Shown in pieces: positions 9,660-17,635 of a stretch of DNA of 64,000 nt. Location of the stretch: the IMG/VR virus record IMGVR_UViG_3300035228_001078. One strand, given 5' to 3'. This DNA comes from a virus. Numbering within the stretch: position 1 is the stretch's first letter; every line of letters begins with the position of its first letter. The notes under the pieces were generated by a model. That model was not told the DNA's origin. It saw nothing but the letters and a program-made list of their open reading frames with translations, and ran no database searches. Made by a program: the position numbers and the translations under genes.

Positions 9660-10321
9660 TATTTAATATAATCGTTTTCAACCAGGTACTTACGAGTCAA
9701 TGGAGTTGGTTCATATACCTTCCACATCTCACCACCAGCACAAGCAGATAGTGCAGCTTGTGTCATACCTTCTGTACGACCTGCCCACTGTGCTTCTGCT
9801 TCCCATGGCACAGCATTTTTTGGGTATGTACGCTCTGCCATCACACGCCAGATCATTGGCACTTCATCTTCAGGTTTGATAATAGCAATCAAACTATTCT
9901 GAATAGTTCCTGCCATACAATCCTGAGCAGCGTGCCATCCTTCATGCCGCATGAGCATCATCAGCGTGCTAGGCTCATCCATATACCTTTTATTCAGATA
10001 AAAGTTATTACTTACGGTATGATAAACACCACGATGCATTACTGGGAAGTAACGAGAATCAGCAAGATATACATTGACACCAATCTGATTCAGTGTCACC
10101 AACAGTTGGTTGAACTCGTTTGCAAATGGCGTGTAACGCTCTGGATCTTTGTATTTTGTTGAGATATCAATAAGAGAATATACTTCTTCCACATCTTTTG
10201 TACACTCACGCAAGAGCATACAACCCATGGAGTCCATGGAGTTAAATCCCCTTGTGATTTTATCTTCACCAGCAAAAACTGGTGATGCTGCTAGCAATAA
10301 GGCAAGTAGAACTTTTTTCAT
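9659..10321 (-). CDS. Secreted HExxH zinc metallopeptidase-like protein
   Basis: Signal peptide MKKVLLALLLAASPVFA; HEGWH followed by WEAEA. Confidence 0.6.
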   Translation of the reverse strand: MKKVLLALLLAASPVFAGEDKITRGFNSMDSMGCMLLRECTKDVEEVYSLIDISTKYKDPERYTPFANEFNQLLVTLNQIGVNVYLADSRYFPVMHRGVYHTVSNNFYLNKRYMDEPSTLMMLMRHEGWHAAQDCMAGTIQNSLIAIIKPEDEVPMIWRVMAERTYPKNAVPWEAEAQWAGRTEGMTQAALSACAGGEMWKVYEPTPLTRKYLVENDYIK

Positions 10322-10587
10322 ACTGAAAATTCTTCCAATGTCGATTCAGGTAATTTTTGTTGAAGCTTTTGTTCACCCACTATGAATTCATAGGGTAGTC
10401 CTAGTTGTCCTGGTAATTGATAATCTGTTGTAGCAGTAACATCAATTACTTGGTCTTGGAGATACTTAGTCTTGTGATAGGTCCTGCCAGGAACCATAGC
10501 ACAAAGACGAGCAGCATCTCGTTCCAATCCACAGTCTGCATACTTCCTACCGTCAGGAGTATAGACCGTCCAGTATTCTGATTGCAT
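10318..10587 (-). CDS. Hypothetical protein
   Basis: ORF with ATGA coupling to the next gene. Confidence 0.6.
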   Translation of the reverse strand: MQSEYWTVYTPDGRKYADCGLERDAARLCAMVPGRTYHKTKYLQDQVIDVTATTDYQLPGQLGLPYEFIVGEQKLQQKLPESTLEEFSV

Positions 10588-10613
10588 AAAAAAAGAGGGG
10601 GGTGTTCCCCTCT
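10588..10613 (-). terminator. Intrinsic terminator
   Basis: AGAGGGG-AACACC-CCCCTCT followed by a T run. Confidence 0.75.
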
Positions 10614-10707
10614 AATTATAACACATTTTATCTGCATTGGCACGAGATGGTGGTCTGAATGGACAGTCTGGACACCCAGCACCACAACATCCTCTATTCT
10701 TTGTCAT
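10612..10707 (-). CDS. 31-aa Cys-rich peptide (CCGxGCxxCP, DUF5522-like)
   Basis: Manual translation MTKNRGCCGAGCPDCPFRPPSRANADKMCYN. Confidence 0.55.
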   Translation of the reverse strand: MTKNRGCCGAGCPDCPFRPPSRANADKMCYN

Positions 10708-10912
10708 AGAGTTGTTCCAGTTTTTCTCTAGAGAGATCTACATACATCAATTCTTCACCTGCTTGTGGTGCTTCAGGATGCTTTGGCTTACGAGGATTAC
10801 TAATATCTATAGTATTAATAGATTGAATGTTAGCCCACATCATAGCGAAGGCACCACCAGCAATCAGAGAAAAGCATACAAAATAAAGAAGGACTTCAAA
10901 ACTATTCATCAT
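10694..10912 (-). CDS. Small membrane protein (DUF2973-like)
   Basis: N-terminal TM helix then HPE..GEEL motif. Confidence 0.55.
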   Translation of the reverse strand: MMNSFEVLLYFVCFSLIAGGAFAMMWANIQSINTIDISNPRKPKHPEAPQAGEELMYVDLSREKLEQLYDKE

Positions 10913-11154
10913 GCTTCCTGAAGAGATTGAACTGTGTTGTGAAGTTCTCCAATATCACGGAGACCTTCAACGCTGAACCATGGGGCATTTGCCCAACTGA
11001 ATCCTTCACCCATGGTGCTATCGGGTGCCGTAATATACCAATGACAAGCTGTGTCTGGTACATCTACTGCACACTTAGACCAATCGTCACTCCACTGTGG
11101 GACTTGTACCCACATAATGGCAGCAAACATAAGACTGAAGAGTGATTTAATCAT
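10909..11154 (-). CDS. Hypothetical secreted protein, cyanobacterial type
   Basis: Signal-like N-terminus; overlaps both neighbours. Confidence 0.6.
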   Translation of the reverse strand: MIKSLFSLMFAAIMWVQVPQWSDDWSKCAVDVPDTACHWYITAPDSTMGEGFSWANAPWFSVEGLRDIGELHNTVQSLQEA

Positions 11155-11545
11155 TTGTGAGTCTCCTCATTATGAGGTGGTCTATTGAGAAATTACCAGC
11201 GCCAGTTAGAAGAACACATGCTGCACCTCCCCAGTAAAGAACTAGGAGTTCTAACAAGTAGATATTAAATCCACCTGTCATAACAGCATGATAGATTGCA
11301 AAGGACATAGTGCCTAGGATTGCCAAGGCACCCAGTAGAGTGCCAAGTCCAAAGATAATCATCCAACTTCCTACAATCTCAGAAAATGCTGCGATGTAGG
11401 AGAAGAAGATTGGGAATGGAAGATGTAATGGTCTTACAAATGCATCCGCAAAGTTTTCAATGTTCTCTAGTTTCTCGTAACCATGATGGATAAGCATGAT
11501 GCCTAACGCTAAACGAAGTATCAAGAGTCCTAGAGATTTAATCAT
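11147..11545 (-). CDS. DoxX family membrane protein
   Basis: R..LG..LI.HG..K, E..G, GAG.FSID; 4 TM helices. Confidence 0.85.
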   Translation of the reverse strand: MIKSLGLLILRLALGIMLIHHGYEKLENIENFADAFVRPLHLPFPIFFSYIAAFSEIVGSWMIIFGLGTLLGALAILGTMSFAIYHAVMTGGFNIYLLELLVLYWGGAACVLLTGAGNFSIDHLIMRRLTND

Positions 11546-12600
11546 AGTGCATTACCACGAGGTAGAACTTCTTCGGGGAAGATGAAGTTTTCATGAGGCT
11601 GATCAGCAGGTGCCATCCAAGCACGGAGCCCTTCATTCAAAAGAATATTCTTTGTGTAGAAGGTCTCAAATTCTGGATCTTCCGCTGCACGAATCTCCTG
11701 AGATACGAAGTCGTAAGCACGAAGATTAAGAGCGAGTCCAACAATACCGATAGAAGCAGTCCAGAGACCCATGACGGGCACGAAGAGCATAAAGAAATGC
11801 AACCAACGCTTGTTACTAAAAGCAATACCGAAGATCTGTGACCAGAAACGGTTCGCAGTAACCATCGAGTAAGTCTCCTCCTCTTGCGTAGGTTCAAAAG
11901 CCTTGAAAGTATTTGATTGTTCTCCATCTTCAAACAGAGTGTTTTCTACAGTGGCACCATGAATAGCACAAAGCAAAGCACCGCCGAGAATACCTGCCAC
12001 TCCCATCATATGGAAAGGGTTGAGCGTCCAGTTATGGAAACCCTGTAGGAAGAGTAAGAATCTAAATATCGCAGCAACACCAAACGACGGTGCAAAGAAC
12101 CAACTGGACTGTCCGAGTGGGTAGAGGAGAAACACACTGACAAAAACAGCGATAGGCCCAGAGAACGCAATAGCATTGTACGGTCTAATTCCTACGAGAC
12201 GACTGATTTCAAACTGTCTAAGCATGAAACCAATGAGAGCGAAGGCACCGTGGAGAGCCACGAAATTCCATAGTCCCCCAAGCTGGCACCACCTGACGAA
12301 ACTGCCCTGAGCTTCAGGACCCCAAAGTAGAAGAAGAGAATGACCCATAGCATCAGCAGGCGTCGAGACAGCCGCTGTGAGAAAGTTAGCACCCTCAAGA
12401 TAGGAACTAGCGAGTCCGTGGGTGTACCAGCTCGTAACAAAAGTTGTGCCAGTAAGCCAGCCACCAATGGCCAAATAAGCAGTGGGAAGAAGTAGTAGTC
12501 CAGACCAGCCCACAAAGACAAAGCGATCCCGTTTAAGCCAGTCATCAAGGATATCAAACCATCCCCTCCGTTGTGTTGGTTGTAATGTAGAAGCAACCAT
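11542..12600 (-). CDS. psbD: Photosystem II D2 protein
   Basis: [33 protein letters not shown]. Confidence 0.99.
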   Translation of the reverse strand: MVASTLQPTQRRGWFDILDDWLKRDRFVFVGWSGLLLLPTAYLAIGGWLTGTTFVTSWYTHGLASSYLEGANFLTAAVSTPADAMGHSLLLLWGPEAQGSFVRWCQLGGLWNFVALHGAFALIGFMLRQFEISRLVGIRPYNAIAFSGPIAVFVSVFLLYPLGQSSWFFAPSFGVAAIFRFLLFLQGFHNWTLNPFHMMGVAGILGGALLCAIHGATVENTLFEDGEQSNTFKAFEPTQEEETYSMVTANRFWSQIFGIAFSNKRWLHFFMLFVPVMGLWTASIGIVGLALNLRAYDFVSQEIRAAEDPEFETFYTKNILLNEGLRAWMAPADQPHENFIFPEEVLPRGNAL

Positions 12601-12613
12601 TTTGAATGAACCT

Positions 12614-12631
12614 TTTACTAAACTTTACATA
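12614..12631. promoter_or_regulatory. HLR1-like (RpaB) direct repeat upstream of psbD
   Basis: TTTACTAA-AC-TTTACATA versus consensus KTTACAWW-N2-KTTACAWW. Confidence 0.55.
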
Positions 12632-12639
12632 TAAAGAGA

Positions 12640-12664
12640 AAAGAAAAGGGACCCGAAGGTCCCT
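12640..12664 (-). terminator. psbA terminator
   Basis: AGGGACC-TTCG-GGTCCCT (cUUCGg loop) plus TTTCTTT. Confidence 0.9.
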
Positions 12665-12689
12665 ATTCGATTTGTTATTGATACCAGTA

Positions 12690-13772
12690 TCAACCGATAG
12701 CAGGTGCGATAAGTGCAACAGGAGTTGACTCAACAGCTGCCAGGTCAAGTGGGAAGTTGTGAGCGTTACGCTCATGCATTACTTCCATACCGAGACCAGC
12801 ACGGTTCAGTACATCTGCCCAGGTGTTCAGTACACGACCTTGACCATCGAGGATGGACTGGTTGAAGTTGAAACCATTGAGGTTGAATGCCATGGTGCTT
12901 ACGCCCAGTGCAGTGAACCAGATTCCAACGACAGGCCATGCTGCCAGGAAGAAGTGAAGTGAACGGGAGTTGTTGAATGATGCGTATTGGAAGATCAAAC
13001 GACCGAAGTAGCCATGGGCTGCAACGATGTTATAGGTCTCTTCCTCTTGACCGAACTTGTAACCGTAGTTCTGTGACTCTGTTTCAGTTGTTTCACGAAC
13101 AAGTGAGGAAGTAACGAGACTTCCGTGCATAGCAGAGAAAAGAGATCCACCGAATACCCCAGCAACACCGAGCATGTGGAACGGGTGCATAAGGATATTG
13201 TGTTCTGCTTGGAATACAAGCATGTAGTTAAAAGTACCAGAGATACCAAGAGGCATAGCATCGGAGAATGAACCTTGACCGAAAGGATAGACGAGGAATA
13301 CTGCACTCGCTGCAGCTACTGGTGCCGAGTAGGCAACACAGATCCATGGACGCATACCTAAACGGTAAGAAAGTTCCCACTCACGACCCATGTAGCAGAA
13401 GATGCCAATGAGGAAGTGAAAGATTACGAGTTGGAAAGGACCACCATTATACAGCCACTCATCAAGTGATGCGGCTTCCCAGATGGGATAGAAGTGAAGA
13501 CCAATTGCGTTGGAAGATGGAACAACTGCACCAGAGATGATGTTGTTACCATACATGAGTGAACCAGCTACGGGTTCACGGATGCCGTCGATGTCCACAG
13601 GGGGAGCAGCGACGAAGGCGATGATGAAACAGATGGTTGCTGCCAACAGAGTTGGGATCATCAGTACGCCGAACCAACCGACATAGAGGCGGTTATTGGT
13701 AGAAGTTACCCACTCGCAGAACGAATCCCACGCGGAGGTTGTTTGTTGTTGTTGAAGTGTAGCGTTAGCCAT
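12690..13772 (-). CDS. psbA: Photosystem II D1 protein (no intron)
   Basis: [27 protein letters not shown]; 360 aa uninterrupted. Confidence 0.99.
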   Translation of the reverse strand: MANATLQQQQTTSAWDSFCEWVTSTNNRLYVGWFGVLMIPTLLAATICFIIAFVAAPPVDIDGIREPVAGSLMYGNNIISGAVVPSSNAIGLHFYPIWEAASLDEWLYNGGPFQLVIFHFLIGIFCYMGREWELSYRLGMRPWICVAYSAPVAAASAVFLVYPFGQGSFSDAMPLGISGTFNYMLVFQAEHNILMHPFHMLGVAGVFGGSLFSAMHGSLVTSSLVRETTETESQNYGYKFGQEEETYNIVAAHGYFGRLIFQYASFNNSRSLHFFLAAWPVVGIWFTALGVSTMAFNLNGFNFNQSILDGQGRVLNTWADVLNRAGLGMEVMHERNAHNFPLDLAAVESTPVALIAPAIG

Positions 13773-13784
13773 TGAATTGAAAAA

Positions 13785-13892
13785 AGTAAGATCATCAGGG
13801 AAATGATGGTTTTACTATTCCTGTCTCACCCTTAGAGGCAGGTATGAAAGACTGTTTTTTAGACACGCTGTTTAGTCTTGGTAAGGCGTGTT
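13785..13892 (-). ncRNA. Structured psbA 5'UTR (PhotoRC-II-like motif)
   Basis: Hairpins CACGC..GCGTG, CCTGCCTC..GAGACAGG and GTAAAACCATCA..TGATGATCTTAC just before the ATG; family name from memory. Confidence 0.65.
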
Positions 13893-13934
13893 ACGAACCG
13901 TTAAGGAATGTGTTGGTTCCTTAACCTCTCGACT

Positions 13935-13968
13935 TATTTATAATAACAGAAAAGTGTCGTGGTGTCAA
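13935..13968 (-). promoter_or_regulatory. Overlapping sigma70-type and T4 late promoters of psbA
   Basis: TTGACA(13963-68)-N17-TATTAT(13940-45) overlapping TATAAATA(13935-42). Confidence 0.8.
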
Positions 13969-15095
13969 GCAGCAGTGCCCCAGTATGGGGCAGTTGTTTG
14001 ATCGGTATTGTCTAGCCAGTTACGGAAGTTGGAAGCAATCCACTGACCATACTCATCATCCCCATCATCTTCATCATCAATGTGATTCAGAGCTTTGGAG
14101 TAGTTCAAATACTCAAAGAACCTGTCGTCATACTCGTGTGACCGTGCCATCTCCTTTGCTTTCTGCCAGAATATTGTATCATATTTTGACCCCGCAGCGT
14201 AGTGCCAGAGGATAAAATTCTGGATCTCCACAATCTCTTTATAATATTCCTCTACAGCATTCTCAAGATCATGACCTTCAAACAGGCACTGACCGACGCG
14301 ACCCGCCCAACGAACATACGATTCTGTCGATGTTGCTTCCATCGGTTCGATGAACATCAATCGATTGCCATTTAAGAATACTCTCTCATCATCTTGAATA
14401 GGATTCTTGGCGATGTAATTACTGAAACTGAATCTATCTCCAGGAGCAACACCAAACATTTGTTCCATGGTGGATGCCGCTTCTGCTTCATCAGTCAGCT
14501 CATTATTGTATAGGTAACCATAATTCATAGAGTTCTTGGCAGGAATACCAAAGCACCATCCATGTGGAGTCGCAATACAATCTGACCAGAGTTGCTGTGG
14601 TTTGACTGGACCAGATCCAAGCACGACAGAGTTCAGTGGATTCTTCAGGACATGATAGTCTGTGAAGTCTTCTGGTTTTCCTCTACAGTCAAATACAATA
14701 TCTGCATCTACCTGACTAGGGTCTGTGATATTTGCTTCAGTAAACTTACAAAAATTTCGTTGCATCATTAACTCTCTCAGCTTTGATGGAGAGTAATGCA
14801 ACGCTATGACATCCATAGGGAATGGATGAATAAACTTATCTACCTTTGTACCCCACCCATCATATAAAATACCTGTCTTAAATGTGGCATCGATAGGATT
14901 GTCATACCAATTAATATTTGTAGTCTCAGTCAACAGAGCTGCAAAAGTAACTAAAGATCCTTGTCCCACTTTTTCAATAGGGACATTAGGATCATAGTAG
15001 ATCTCTATCTCAGAGATTTGTTTATACCAGTTCCTCTTTAAAATTAAAGCGGTGGCCAATCCACCGTTGCCACCGCCAATGATTGCAATTTTCAT
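13965..15095 (-). CDS. Flavin-dependent tryptophan halogenase-like protein
   Basis: IIGGGNGG FAD motif, ATFKTGI (catalytic Lys context), GWCFGIP, FIEPMEAT. Confidence 0.8.
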   Translation of the reverse strand: MKIAIIGGGNGGLATALILKRNWYKQISEIEIYYDPNVPIEKVGQGSLVTFAALLTETTNINWYDNPIDATFKTGILYDGWGTKVDKFIHPFPMDVIALHYSPSKLRELMMQRNFCKFTEANITDPSQVDADIVFDCRGKPEDFTDYHVLKNPLNSVVLGSGPVKPQQLWSDCIATPHGWCFGIPAKNSMNYGYLYNNELTDEAEAASTMEQMFGVAPGDRFSFSNYIAKNPIQDDERVFLNGNRLMFIEPMEATSTESYVRWAGRVGQCLFEGHDLENAVEEYYKEIVEIQNFILWHYAAGSKYDTIFWQKAKEMARSHEYDDRFFEYLNYSKALNHIDDEDDGDDEYGQWIASNFRNWLDNTDQTTAPYWGTAA

Positions 15096-15256
15096 TGCGT
15101 ATATTCTTGAAGAAGATCTAGAATTTTATCTAAAGAATAGTGAGCACCATCATGCCACTGACCAGGATGAGTAGAAGGATCCTCATCATAAAGTTCATTC
15201 TTTATCTTGTAGACTCTAACCAAGATATCGTTTTTAGTCACAGATCCATGAGGCAT
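15092..15256 (-). CDS. 54-aa hypothetical protein
   Basis: Manual translation MPHGSVTKNDILVRVYKIKNEL..LDLLQEYTQ; ATGA overlap with the halogenase. Confidence 0.6.
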   Translation of the reverse strand: MPHGSVTKNDILVRVYKIKNELYDEDPSTHPGQWHDGAHYSLDKILDLLQEYTQ

Positions 15257-15259
15257 AAT

Positions 15260-15505
15260 TTACAATCCAGGAATAGACATGCCGCCAGGAGCAGCGCCAC
15301 CGACAACACCGCCAGTTGTTTTAGGAAGTTCGGGAATAGATCCGCTTAACATTCCAGGAAGAGCTTCTGTAATTGCAGTCGTGATTTGAGACTTTACATT
15401 TTCTGTAATCTCTGCACGACTCAAGTACACATAGGTTCCTCCACCAATGATACCAGCAGTACCTAAAAATGACAACACTGCCATTAGATTAATTACTTTT
15501 TGCAT
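15260..15505 (-). CDS. Hypothetical membrane-anchored protein
   Basis: N-terminal TM helix, Pro/Gly tail. Confidence 0.6.
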   Translation of the reverse strand: MQKVINLMAVLSFLGTAGIIGGGTYVYLSRAEITENVKSQITTAITEALPGMLSGSIPELPKTTGGVVGGAAPGGMSIPGL

Positions 15506-15520
15506 CGCGATATCGTGACA

Positions 15521-15556
15521 ATAAAAAAGGACACCCTATATAGGTGTCCCTTTATC
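15521..15556 (-). terminator. Intrinsic terminator
   Basis: GGACACC-TATATAG-GGTGTCC followed by TTTTTT. Confidence 0.75.
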
Positions 15557-15561
15557 ATGGT

Positions 15562-16119
15562 TCAATGTTCTTCTATCAAATCCTCACGAAGTAAACCAAA
15601 CTCATCACACAGATCTTTGTAGATCTCATCTGCTTTGGTTTCCTCGTAGGGATCATGTGGGGAATCATGCTTCTTGCCAGCTTCCGACCATTCTCTGATG
15701 ATGACTCCATCATCAATGTACATAGCGTACCGCCAAGATCTATTACCCATTCCTAGGTTAGTTTTCTTGACAAGCATACCGAGAGACTCTGCAAGCTCGC
15801 CATTCCCATCAGGGATCATCTCAATCTTTTTGATTTTCTCCTGTCTAGCCCATCCTTCTAACACATAATCATCATTGACTGATGTGCAATAGATTTTATC
15901 GATACCAATCGCTTTGAACTTGTCATAAAGCAGTTCATAATCAGGTAGCATTTGGTTTGTGCATGTTGGTGTAAATGCACCAGGCACGCCAATAAGAATT
16001 ACTTTCCTACCACCAAAATACCAAGAGGTTGATCTATGATCTGTCCTCTCATCTTCTGTTTCATCGTCTATAGAAGCTGCTCCTGATAGAATAAAATCAA
16101 TATCGTCAAGGCGTTCCAT
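15562..16119 (-). CDS. Type II (Prx5-like) peroxiredoxin
   Basis: VPGAFTPTC, SVND, DGNG, RSWRYAM. Confidence 0.92.
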   Translation of the reverse strand: MERLDDIDFILSGAASIDDETEDERTDHRSTSWYFGGRKVILIGVPGAFTPTCTNQMLPDYELLYDKFKAIGIDKIYCTSVNDDYVLEGWARQEKIKKIEMIPDGNGELAESLGMLVKKTNLGMGNRSWRYAMYIDDGVIIREWSEAGKKHDSPHDPYEETKADEIYKDLCDEFGLLREDLIEEH

Positions 16120-16149
16120 ATGTTACCTAATTAATTGACTCTATTTATT

Positions 16150-16284
16150 TCAGGTTGAAGTGGCAGGAACCATCATGCCACCACCACCTTGATCGTCATC
16201 ATCCCCATCTATGTCTGCGAGGAGTAACATTAAAAAGAATGGGGTGAATATAAAAACAATAGTCTGGACCCATTCAATACTCAT
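16150..16284 (-). CDS. 44-aa single-TM protein with DDDDQGGGGMM tail
   Basis: Manual translation MSIEWVQTIVFIFTPFFLMLLLADIDGDDDDQGGGGMMVPATST; coupled to the hli stop. Confidence 0.6.
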   Translation of the reverse strand: MSIEWVQTIVFIFTPFFLMLLLADIDGDDDDQGGGGMMVPATST

Positions 16285-16391
16285 TACCAAATACCTGGGA
16301 TGAGTTGTCCTGTAGTTGCATAGCTACCGATAGCAGCGATGACTCCGAGCATTGCTGCCCAACCGTTGATCCGTTCTGCGTTTTCGTTCAT
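16284..16391 (-). CDS. hli: High-light-inducible protein (35 aa)
   Basis: Manual translation MNENAERINGWAAMLGVIAAIGSYATTGQLIPGIW. Confidence 0.93.
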   Translation of the reverse strand: MNENAERINGWAAMLGVIAAIGSYATTGQLIPGIW

Positions 16392-16603
16392 CAGTTTTCT
16401 CCTAGTGTAAGATAGAATTTAGTTTGATCTGTTGGTGCGTTCTCGTAGATAGAACTGTCACCATATTCTTTGTGGTCTTTGTATCCAACCATACGACCTT
16501 TCGTATTTTGGATAGCTCCCATCATAGCAATGATCAGGAAGATTGCAGGTGGTCCAATAATAAGAGCACCGCCAATCACATAATAAGTAAGAAGTTCAAT
16601 CAT
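16391..16603 (-). CDS. Hypothetical membrane protein
   Basis: TM helix; coupled between two hli genes. Confidence 0.6.
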   Translation of the reverse strand: MIELLTYYVIGGALIIGPPAIFLIIAMMGAIQNTKGRMVGYKDHKEYGDSSIYENAPTDQTKFYLTLGEN

Positions 16604-16821
16604 TAGAATCCGAATGCACCAAAAAAGAATACGCTACCACTGAAAGTATAAGAGATAACAGCAGCAACAAATCCAAGCATAGCAGTCCTTCCATTTAATT
16701 TCTCTGCTTTCTCTGCATATGTCTCGAAACCATAACGCTCTGCGTCTGTCTCAGAGATATACATTCTAGGCTCAGTGGCGTACATGTTTGTCCGTCCACC
16801 GTCTTCAGTTGTTACAGTCAT
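16603..16821 (-). CDS. hli: High-light-inducible protein
   Basis: AEKLNGRTAMLGF chlorophyll-binding motif. Confidence 0.92.
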   Translation of the reverse strand: MTVTTEDGGRTNMYATEPRMYISETDAERYGFETYAEKAEKLNGRTAMLGFVAAVISYTFSGSVFFFGAFGF

Positions 16822-16877
16822 GTTACACTCCGTTATAAATCTTTACATATTATATAGGAAACATAAAGTTTTGTCAA
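16822..16877 (-). promoter_or_regulatory. Consensus sigma70 promoter with downstream HLR1-like repeats
   Basis: TTGACA(16872-77)-N17-TATAAT(16849-54); plus-strand GTTACACT-CC-GTTATAAA-TC-TTTACATA at 16822-16849. Confidence 0.8.
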
Positions 16878-17083
16878 TAGTCCATGTTACCACCATAACG
16901 GATGCAGGTCTTTTTGTTTTCTGCTGATGACCTACACCACTTTCTCACATAGCTATCTGCATCCATATTCATTGTGAAGTGGGCATGGTTATGCAGTGCC
17001 CCTATCATTGCTATCGTCCCCAGCATCAGAAGGGAAGTCAGCGTTCCTGGATTCGTTATGAAAATTATAAAATATTTTTTCAT
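16874..17083 (-). CDS. Hypothetical membrane protein
   Basis: Likely start MKKYF at 17083, since the longer ORF start lies inside a terminator. Confidence 0.55.
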   Translation of the reverse strand: MKKYFIIFITNPGTLTSLLMLGTIAMIGALHNHAHFTMNMDADSYVRKWCRSSAENKKTCIRYGGNMDY

Positions 17084-17112
17084 AAAAAAAGGGGGATGCC
17101 GTCGCACCCCCA
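17084..17112 (-). terminator. Intrinsic terminator
   Basis: GGGGGTGC-GACG-GCATCCCCC plus T7. Confidence 0.8.
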
Positions 17113-17149
17113 TTATAACACCTAGATGTTTATGTGTTTATATGAACAA

Positions 17150-17521
17150 TCAGAAGTTGTACTTGACGCCCAACTTAGCTCCATATCCACGGTCAAGATC
17201 TTCGTCACCAGAACCGATAAACGATACTTCACCATATGCGCCCAGGGCATCGGTAACAGCGAACCCAAGACCAGCTTTACCGGAGGGAACTGTATCGCTC
17301 TCGCCACTGTCAGGGGAGACTACACTAGCGCCGCCTTGTACATAGTACGAAGCAGACTCACCAAGTGCGCCTTCAAATCCTACATGAAGATCTGTCGTGG
17401 TCGAATTGTAGTCGGATCCAGTCCAACCAGAATTAGCCTCGACATTGACATAGGGTCCTGCAAAAGCAGCGCCAGCAGAAGCGAAAAGAGCAGCGGAAGC
17501 TGCGAATACAGATTTAAACAT
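17150..17521 (-). CDS. Small outer-membrane beta-barrel/porin-like protein
   Basis: Signal peptide ending AAFA, amphipathic strands, C-terminal GVKYNF beta-signal. Confidence 0.7.
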   Translation of the reverse strand: MFKSVFAASAALFASAGAAFAGPYVNVEANSGWTGSDYNSTTTDLHVGFEGALGESASYYVQGGASVVSPDSGESDTVPSGKAGLGFAVTDALGAYGEVSFIGSGDEDLDRGYGAKLGVKYNF

Positions 17522-17599
17522 TTAAAAATACCTTTAGTTACTTGCGGAATGGTTACCCGCAGATGAATAGAGACATCGACTTGTCTCGTTTTAAATATG

Positions 17600-17631
17600 A
17601 ACTGTCACATGTGACAGTTGTAATATTTATA
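17600..17631 (-). promoter_or_regulatory. Late promoter followed by a perfect 20-bp palindrome
   Basis: TATAAATA at 17624-31; AACTGTCACATGTGACAGTT at 17600-19. Confidence 0.7.
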
Positions 17632-17635
17632 CATG

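Noticed and set aside
12554-12775. ORF bridging psbA and psbD
   Set aside because: Out of frame with both and runs through a strong terminator
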